DNA of 64,000 nt from Candidatus Saccharimonadota bacterium (GTDB taxonomy: Bacteria; Patescibacteriota; Saccharimonadia; Saccharimonadales; UBA10212): NCBI GenBank assembly GCA_013815775.1, contig JACDFN010000002.1:192717-256716 (forward strand). Direction: 5' to 3'. This document shows positions 55,747-61,430 of this stretch, piece by piece. Numbering within the stretch: position 1 is the first letter of the stretch; each line of letters starts with the position of its first letter. The position numbers and the translations under genes are program-made. The notes below the pieces were generated by a model. It searched no databases. It worked only from the letters and a program-made list of their open reading frames with translations, and had not been told where the DNA came from.

Positions 55747-55775
55747 ACTTTATACCCAGGTGGAAAAGCTGTCAA
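55747..55775 (-). promoter_or_regulatory. sigma-70-type promoter (TTGACA-17-TAAAGT) driving the leader and DUF378 gene
   Basis: On the minus strand, TTGACA at 55775-55770, an exact 17-nt spacer, then TAAAGT at 55752-55747. Confidence 0.45.
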
Positions 55776-55792
55776 TGGTTGTTAGTCGAAAT

Positions 55793-55825
55793 TGTGGATA
55801 AAACTGTGTAAAAGGTGGTGGATAA
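55793..55825. promoter_or_regulatory. two DnaA-box-like 9-mers (TGTGGATAA perfect, GGTGGATAA with 1 mismatch)
   Basis: Located at 55793-55801 and 55817-55825, in the same orientation, 18-50 bp upstream of the -35 above. Confidence 0.3.
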
Positions 55826-55847
55826 GTAAAGGTTCAACCCCTAAAAT

Positions 55848-56342
55848 TTAAACTATTTTATTGTCAAATATTTTTCTTAGAACATCTCTTGAATAAGGGT
55901 CTATCATATTAACTGTTAAGGTCCCGTTGTATGTGACCCCAGGCCCCGATTCATCAAATACTAAGTGTTCAAGTTTACTGCTATCTTTTAGACTATGAAC
56001 CAATGTCGGGAAATGAAATTGTTCTCCTAAGTTTGTCAATTGCTGAAATCTGAAGTATTGCTGAGCACCAAACTGAGACTTATTTGCATCTCTAAAGGTT
56101 TTTGCTAAGTCCGTTGCAATCGACAGTGCCTCGTCATGGCTGGTAAAACTTATTATGTCAAAGGAGTTTCGAGCTTTAAAAACTCGGCTATGCTCCATTA
56201 TATTAAGCGCCACAGCACCTAAGTGAACTGCTCGCCAGTATGGATAATCTTCTACAACCTTTTCAGGCACCGGTTTGAGTATCTGTCCTTCAAGCTCTTT
56301 TATGCGCTTAATATACAGTTCGCTGGAAATTTCGTTGTTCAT
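55848..56342 (-). CDS. hypothetical cytosolic protein (164 aa)
   Basis: An ORF with AAGGG 8 nt upstream of the ATG. I recognise no family. Confidence 0.5.
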   Translation of the reverse strand: MNNEISSELYIKRIKELEGQILKPVPEKVVEDYPYWRAVHLGAVALNIMEHSRVFKARNSFDIISFTSHDEALSIATDLAKTFRDANKSQFGAQQYFRFQQLTNLGEQFHFPTLVHSLKDSSKLEHLVFDESGPGVTYNGTLTVNMIDPYSRDVLRKIFDNKIV

Positions 56343-56392
56343 TATTGCCCTTTTATAACTCTAGGTTGTTGGTGAAGAAAAATAAAGTTTAT

Positions 56393-56422
56393 GCTTGGGA
56401 CCGCGCCTGCGCGGTCCCAAGC
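56393..56422. repeat. 13-bp perfect GC-rich inverted repeat (GCTTGGGACCGCG-cctg-CGCGGTCCCAAGC)
   Basis: Read directly from the sequence. It lies in the intergenic region between two minus-strand ORFs, and only a distal U-rich stretch follows on the minus strand. Confidence 0.5.
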
Positions 56423-56552
56423 GGTGTGGGGGCTAAAAAAGTCGAGGGGCCAGAGCCGCAAGGGCTACAACAACCAAGACAAATAATAGCCCAACCGTGA
56501 CATCCTTCCTAGCCCAATTGGGTACTAGAACCTCCTTCACCTTGATCATTAG

Positions 56553-57035
56553 CTACATTGTCGACTCAACGATCTTTCGGTCACCGGCGAAGTGGATGAC
56601 GAATTTAATGCTTGCATCATCTTGGTCCGGTGGTATGGCTCTTACTCGAAGAGTCCAGGTCTTGGACCTGCGCAGAGCATTACTAAGCGTTGGCGCTGTC
56701 CGAGGGTTTACGGAAGACCAGAATTTTTCATCTGCAGCCACGACACCCCTGAAGGTCTCGGTACCTGCAACAACGGTCCATCTCAACCGGTAACCATTAG
56801 TCGCGCTACCGGTGAAAGTGAACCACGATGAGGCAGTAACGCTACAGTCAAGACTGAGGCCTCCATTACTGATTTCCTGGCGCTCGCAAGCCAAAGCAAC
56901 GCTGCTGGGCGAAGCCGCGTTGGCTTCCTGACTAAACGCCAGGTACAGAACAGCTACCCCCAGAACAATTGCTCCGCAAATAAAAACGAAGCGAACGATG
57001 CGAAGAACGTCATAACCACGAACATTGTCAGACAT
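56553..57035 (-). CDS. hypothetical exported or anchored protein (160 aa), visibly GC-richer than its surroundings
   Basis: It has an N-terminal TM (FVFICGAIVLGVAVLYLAF) and a beta-rich ectodomain with 2 Cys. AAGGA lies 8 nt upstream of the ATG. Confidence 0.55.
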   Translation of the reverse strand: MSDNVRGYDVLRIVRFVFICGAIVLGVAVLYLAFSQEANAASPSSVALACERQEISNGGLSLDCSVTASSWFTFTGSATNGYRLRWTVVAGTETFRGVVAADEKFWSSVNPRTAPTLSNALRRSKTWTLRVRAIPPDQDDASIKFVIHFAGDRKIVESTM

Positions 57036-57449
57036 TGCTCTGTCCTTTCGGTCGCAGTATTAAGGTATGTCAAGAATCTCGAGAGTTCACTGAAAATCAG
57101 CGAAACCTTAGGTTAGCTTTTAGACTTACCCTAGTCACTCTCGTGAGTCATATTATAACACTTTAATAAACCATAAGCAATTGGGCTATGCAGATAGGAT
57201 TATGGGTCAGACGAAATTGAATTTTTACTTTAAGTTTGCCAATTTAGATCTCAATTAGATTAGTGGGTATTTTTAAACCGTTTAACTAATTTATATAGCT
57301 GCCAAATTATTATAACTCTACCTAACATATAATCTCCGTTTATTCTTAGCACTATAGAAGCCTAGGAGTCAGATGTATGTGAAATTTTTATTTTAACTCC
57401 CGGTAAGTTCAACCCTTCGCTTTAAGACTTAACTGTATAATACGAAATC

Positions 57450-57782
57450 ATGGAAGCTAACAATATTTTTGAAGCCGGGGAAATTACAGGAGATAACCCC
57501 GGTAATAGCGACCTACTTTTTGGGCCGGCAGGCGAGCATTTCACTAATAGGGCAGAAGCCTTCAAGGCAACCTTGGCGGAAGGCCATGAAGTATCAACTA
57601 TTATTGATGGACGGGCAGTATCAACAGAATTATTAAGCTTGCGTGCTAAGCATGCCTCTAGAACATATACTGCCAGATTTACAGAGGGAATAGGCGAACA
57701 TAAGAGAGAAATAGTAATTGGACTTACCGTTGCCGGAGTTCTATTGGCTGCTAATCAGCTGCGTATTAAAAGAAAAAAGTAA
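57450..57782 (+). CDS. hypothetical tail-anchored protein (110 aa)
   Basis: A soluble acidic N-terminal part with a single C-terminal TM (IVIGLTVAGVLLAANQL) followed by RIKRKK. Confidence 0.45.
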   Translation: MEANNIFEAGEITGDNPGNSDLLFGPAGEHFTNRAEAFKATLAEGHEVSTIIDGRAVSTELLSLRAKHASRTYTARFTEGIGEHKREIVIGLTVAGVLLAANQLRIKRKK

Positions 57783-57785
57783 CTA

Positions 57786-58439
57786 TTAGAGCTGGTTGGC
57801 ATTAGCGGCCATGAAGATTCCGTTGATTTTACTGTCTCCATCAAAGTTAAACGAAACTAGGTAATTGTTGGCGGATTTGCCCACAAAGGCGGTAGCTGGA
57901 AAGTATTGTTTGTAGTCACCGGCACGGTAATCACTCAGGGTTGCCTCGGGAAGAGAGAAGTCCCAAGGGTCAGTGCCTGTGTCGAGATACTTTATGTCCG
58001 TCACTGCCTGCGCTGCGGTACGTTCACCAACCCCCCCGCTAGCAGCAATGATTACATTTACCTTTGTGGCCATATAGCCCTGCAGTGCGGCATAGTTGCC
58101 GGATTTGACAGCCGCCTCAATGTTGTCCAATGTTGCCAAGGCGGGAGCCTTAGGTTCTGCGGCTTCGTCCTGCGCTACTTCGTTTTTTGCGTCTGCAACT
58201 GCTCTACGAAGATCACTTACGCGTTGCTCAAGCGCAGCTATCTCGGATTGCTGGCGCTTAGTAATGGTGTTAGCTTCTTTGTCCCGCCAGTAATATGTTC
58301 CATAGGCCGCCGCCACTATTAATAGTAAAGCCGTTAGTAGCTTCAACATTCTCCTAGGCTTTTTTTTGTTGGGTTCATGCAATTGATGGTTATATGAAAC
58401 CTCCTGTCTTGGTTCGCTGGGGTGTCGTTGATAATCCAT
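57786..58439 (-). CDS. hypothetical bitopic membrane protein with a coiled coil and a ~110-aa ectodomain
   Basis: 217 aa with a basic N-terminus, a TM (LLTALLLIVAAAYGTYYW), the coiled coil QQSEIAALEQRVSDLRRAVADAKNE, and a C-terminal domain. Confidence 0.55.
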   Translation of the reverse strand: MDYQRHPSEPRQEVSYNHQLHEPNKKKPRRMLKLLTALLLIVAAAYGTYYWRDKEANTITKRQQSEIAALEQRVSDLRRAVADAKNEVAQDEAAEPKAPALATLDNIEAAVKSGNYAALQGYMATKVNVIIAASGGVGERTAAQAVTDIKYLDTGTDPWDFSLPEATLSDYRAGDYKQYFPATAFVGKSANNYLVSFNFDGDSKINGIFMAANANQL

Positions 58440-58530
58440 ATTTCCCTCTCTTTACGTTATTTAAATTGTAGACCTGTTCCGGCTAACTTTCAAAAAGATT
58501 TTGAGTTAACTAAACTTCGCACCCGGCGAC

Positions 58531-58989
58531 CTATCCCTCAGGCTGCTGATTTGACTCATCACCACCGAGCAAAGGGGAGAACGCCTTGTCTAAGTCCTCA
58601 ATAATTAAGTCCGGAGCTGCTTTTTCTCTGATTGCTTGTGCTAACTTTAGAGCCTTGCTCCCTAGCGCATAGCGATAGACTATGTCGTTGTTCATAAACG
58701 GAGGGGTTGCACTCTCTTGGGCAATTTCAATTATGGATTCATCTGTGCGTTGATGAAAGTCTTCGAACTTTTCTGCAAAGTCTTCTGCATCAATAATCTT
58801 AGCTGAGCGCTGCTCGCCTTCTTCCCAGCTTGCTAAATAACGATCAAAGCCAGAGATTGATCCAGTATTACCCTTCCTGGCTAATTGAAATATTTCTTCC
58901 TTAAATACCGCCGCTACTACTTCTACCTCGTCTTCATCAAATGTAAGTTTATAGGGGTGGTCGGCGTCTCCAGTTTTCTCAAGATTCAT
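58531..58989 (-). CDS. hypothetical acidic cytosolic protein (152 aa)
   Basis: A D/E-rich ORF with no TM and no family I recognise. Confidence 0.5.
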   Translation of the reverse strand: MNLEKTGDADHPYKLTFDEDEVEVVAAVFKEEIFQLARKGNTGSISGFDRYLASWEEGEQRSAKIIDAEDFAEKFEDFHQRTDESIIEIAQESATPPFMNNDIVYRYALGSKALKLAQAIREKAAPDLIIEDLDKAFSPLLGGDESNQQPEG

Positions 58990-59019
58990 TGCTACTATTT
59001 TTACCCTTACTGCTTGGTT

Positions 59020-59406
59020 TTACAACCCTTGCCCCCACTTTAGTAGAGCTTCATATACATAATCACGCAGGATTCTTTCTGCTTCACTGCGGTTATCTAC
59101 GGGTTCCATATTCAAATGAACAGGACCGTCTCCGAGCTCTTCAATGGCAGGACCGTAAACTTGATAACCGTCCAGGTCGTTGCCTTCTATATATCCTCTT
59201 TGCACGCCAGCTGCGTAAAAATCGACAATCACCCCCGACTCCATATCGCTGGGCCCGTCAAAATTACGCAATATCCAGACCGGTGTGCCACTTTTTACCA
59301 GAGTAATCCTCTCGCTCAAATACTCAGCCCTTAGCTTAGGGCTAGCAATTGCATCTTCCTCAGTAATTTTTAATCCTGACTCACCGCTAGGTAACATCTC
59401 ACTCAT
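59020..59406 (-). CDS. hypothetical acidic cytosolic protein (~128 aa)
   Basis: I took the ATG at 59406 as the start; the ORF track starts at a TTG at 59415. I recognise no family. Confidence 0.5.
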   Translation of the reverse strand: MSEMLPSGESGLKITEEDAIASPKLRAEYLSERITLVKSGTPVWILRNFDGPSDMESGVIVDFYAAGVQRGYIEGNDLDGYQVYGPAIEELGDGPVHLNMEPVDNRSEAERILRDYVYEALLKWGQGL

Positions 59407-59680
59407 ATAACCCAACTTACACGCCGCACCTACTCAAAGCAAGCAAAAGCTTTTACAATAACCTTCACTAAATTTAATGTTGTTAGAAACAAGACAAAAC
59501 CTTGACCCTTTAGTTTAATGCTTTAAAGTAGACGGGTGCCTTAGTGAGAGGCGGTAAGGAGTTAGAATTAGTGAAGCAATTATTAAGTTTGATTAAACGT
59601 GATTATAGGCCCCATAAATTTCTTCGGGAAACCAAACCAAAACCAAAACTCTGGAATGAAATGTTAAAAGAGATTAAAGA

Positions 59681-60040
59681 CTAATAGGGGTTGGGTGCGA
59701 TGCAAGGTTCTTTGACACAGTCGTACTCGTAGCACACTCTTTCGCTATCATATGGCCTCCGTCCACAATTTGGAGGGGGGTCATGCGGATATAGGATGTC
59801 ATCTTCCGTGTTTATTGGTGTAGACGGGGGTGGTTGGGGTGGTGGATTGACTACCGGTTGACGGTTGGGCACGTGAGTACTGCCTGACTTTAAGGTTTGT
59901 TGGAGGACCTGGTTATTTTTAAGCTGACCGGCTGGTTCAGTCTCTGTTCGAACCACTACTATCCAAACGACACTAGCCGCTACTAATACTACTGGGACTA
60001 GCACTCTGGGTAGCAGGAGTATTGTAAGCTTTCGCTTCAT
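59681..60040 (-). CDS. hypothetical secreted Pro-rich protein with a 4-Cys C-terminal module
   Basis: 119 aa with a signal/anchor LTILLLPRVLVPVVLVAASVVWIVVV, the Pro-rich stretch PVVNPPPQPPPSTP, and CGRRPYDSERVCYEYDCVKEPC. Confidence 0.5.
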   Translation of the reverse strand: MKRKLTILLLPRVLVPVVLVAASVVWIVVVRTETEPAGQLKNNQVLQQTLKSGSTHVPNRQPVVNPPPQPPPSTPINTEDDILYPHDPPPNCGRRPYDSERVCYEYDCVKEPCIAPNPY

Positions 60041-60109
60041 AGAAATATTTTATAGTTTTAAGACTAGCAAAGCAAAGACACGGAGGGTGTTAATGATACT
60101 ATATATTTA

Positions 60110-60295
60110 GTGAAATATATTGCCCACGCTGGTGAAGAACATGAAGCCGTTAATGATGGGGCTTCTCATGCTGCTGCCGAAATCGCTAAAAATTCTGACT
60201 CCGGAGTTATTATAATAATAGTTATATTTCTAGTATTGGCTACCGTGGCAACTTTTTACTTCAACCGTTCAGGGCCAACAAACAATGAAAGCTAA
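60110..60295 (+). CDS. doubtful small membrane protein (61 aa)
   Basis: It has a GTG start without an SD and one TM (VIIIIVIFLVLATVATFYF). Confidence 0.3.
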   Translation: MKYIAHAGEEHEAVNDGASHAAAEIAKNSDSGVIIIIVIFLVLATVATFYFNRSGPTNNES

Positions 60296-60312
60296 GCAGG
60301 AAATATAAATCT

Positions 60313-60558
60313 ATGGACAAGCAAGCAAACATTAACCTTAATTACACTGTCCCAGTGGTTACTACTGACGGTAATGTGGTGATAGTTAGTGACCAAGGCG
60401 TTCCAACGGTGCTTTTTTTTCAAGGCCGTAATCAAGAGGGCAACAATCTTCAAGCCGATGTGGTTGCAGCTGTGCGGCTAAACAGCTTGGATGATTTAAA
60501 AAGTCTGCAAAAAGCCATTGGCGACACTGTCAAACAGCACTCTACCCGTGAGCCATAG
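60313..60558 (+). CDS. small protein, possibly DUF3467-like
   Basis: 81 aa. The overall pattern INLNYT...VIVSDQGVPTVLFFQ...VVAAVRLNSLDDLKSLQKAI resembles DUF3467 as I recall it; this is unverified. Confidence 0.4.
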   Translation: MDKQANINLNYTVPVVTTDGNVVIVSDQGVPTVLFFQGRNQEGNNLQADVVAAVRLNSLDDLKSLQKAIGDTVKQHSTREP

Positions 60559-60608
60559 TTATTATATCCCCCTTGTGTAATTTACTAATATGTTGTTATA
60601 TATAACAT

Positions 60609-60950
60609 ATGTTAGCTGCTTTAAAAGATATAAGAGAAACCGTAAGACAAGAGTTAAAAGACAAACAACCAAAAACTTATGAGTCTAAAATTAATGAAGC
60701 CAACTATCGACTACGTTTGGCGCAGACTTTGGGTATCGGTGCTGTATTGGAGCTGGGTTTGGCGACGCACTCTGAAATACAAAACAAACCGGCAGCCTCT
60801 TTACTGGCCTTAGCTATTGGTGGTGTCTGTCTCAGCGGTGCGTCTTATAACGTAGATAAAGCTGGTCTCAACCAAGAGCAGGCCAATCAAATTCAACTGG
60901 TTGCTCAGTTCAATTCCGTTCCAAATGTTGCCCCAAAACTTGGTTCTTGA
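60609..60950 (+). CDS. hypothetical protein with two hydrophobic segments (113 aa)
   Basis: The ORF is preceded by an AT-rich palindrome. The hydrophobic segments are LGIGAVLELGLA and LLALAIGGVCLSGA. Confidence 0.45.
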   Translation: MLAALKDIRETVRQELKDKQPKTYESKINEANYRLRLAQTLGIGAVLELGLATHSEIQNKPAASLLALAIGGVCLSGASYNVDKAGLNQEQANQIQLVAQFNSVPNVAPKLGS

Positions 60951-61021
60951 TATTGCAAATAATTCCCTAATACTAAGTCTATTTGCTTATGTTTTTGATT
61001 TGTTGTAATATAGTATTTTTA

Positions 61022-61051
61022 TTGACTACTGGCCCACGGCAGGACTATCCT
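61022..61051 (+). promoter_or_regulatory. candidate promoter (TTGACT-18-TATCCT) with an A/T-rich upstream element
   Basis: TTGACT at 61022-61027 and TATCCT at 61046-61051. The upstream sequence gtttttgatttgttgtaatatagtattttta is UP-element-like. Confidence 0.4.
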
Positions 61052-61057
61052 ATATTT

Positions 61058-61376
61058 GACACCGGTGAGGTGCCCGGCAAGGGAGAACCGTCATTTCGGA
61101 ACAATCTTGCTGTTTGTACGTTGCAGAAAAGAGGTAATTCCATAAAAGATGCGCACTTCTAGAGTGCAACTCCGCTGTGGGTTACAGATGTCTTCCTGAC
61201 AAGGCAAACTATTTGGGCCGCAAGGCCTAACTAAGCCTCCGCTGAGGAAAAAGGGAGACCGGTTATGCAAGCGTCGGCCTGACGTTAAAACCCGAATGAT
61301 ATCTTACGGAGCATAGTCGAATATGCAATCAGCGCTAAAAGTTCATTGTTTAGGCAACAATGAACTTTTTTGTTTG
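61058..61376 (+). ncRNA. unclassified ~320-nt candidate structured RNA with its own promoter and strong terminator
   Basis: There is no ORF of 60 aa or more on either strand. Multiple local hairpins are present: CCC-GGCAA-GGG, GCACT-tctag-AGTGC, uuGGGCC-GCAA-GGCCuaa, CCTC-cgct-GAGG, CGTC-ggcct-GACG and GCATA-gtcgaa-TATGC. The region ends in a 14-bp stem, AAAAGTTCATTGTT-taggc-AACAATGAACTTTT, followed by TTTGTTT. Confidence 0.4.
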
Positions 61377-61430
61377 CCAGAAAAAATATTTAGGGGCTGT
61401 AAGGCTTTGGCACATTGGTCTGACCATAAC

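Noticed and set aside
55793-57449. Replication origin (DnaA boxes plus a nearby AT-rich 414-bp gap)
   Set aside because: There are only two boxes. No dnaA or dnaN is adjacent, the AT-rich gap itself has no DnaA boxes that I could find, and there is no clean divergence of gene orientation around this point.
60093-60110. 5-codon micro-ORF MILYI with a well-spaced GGAGG, and the 7-codon MYVKFLF at 57373-57396, as leader peptides
   Set aside because: They are too short to evaluate without conservation or ribosome-profiling data. The first mainly casts doubt on the GTG-initiated 61-aa ORF at 60110.
60593-60606. 14-bp palindrome TGTTATATATAACA directly upstream of the ATG at 60609
   Set aside because: The alternating TA sequence is intrinsically palindromic, and in AT-rich promoter DNA it is most simply read as a -10-like region.
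55714-61070. 11-nt inverted repeat CCTCACCGGTG (55714-55724) and CACCGGTGAGG (61060-61070) as boundaries of a mobile island
   Set aside because: In 64 kb, hundreds of 11-mer inverted pairs are expected by chance, and the core ACCGGT is itself palindromic. No integrase, transposase or tRNA target is present. It is noted only as shared sequence between the two RNA candidates.
61058-61376. Assigning the ~320-nt RNA candidate to tmRNA, RNase P RNA, SRP RNA, 6S or 5S
   Set aside because: On the minus strand GCGCTGATTGCATATTCGAC superficially recalls the tmRNA 5' end (GGGGCUGAUU...AUUCGAC). However, there is no matching 3' acceptor/CCA, no T-arm and no plausible tag ORF. GAGGAAAAAGGGAGACC and AAAACCCGAATG resemble RNase P CR-I/CR-IV only loosely and are 25 nt apart rather than about 250. 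No SRP helix-8 motif is present. The RNA is left unclassified.
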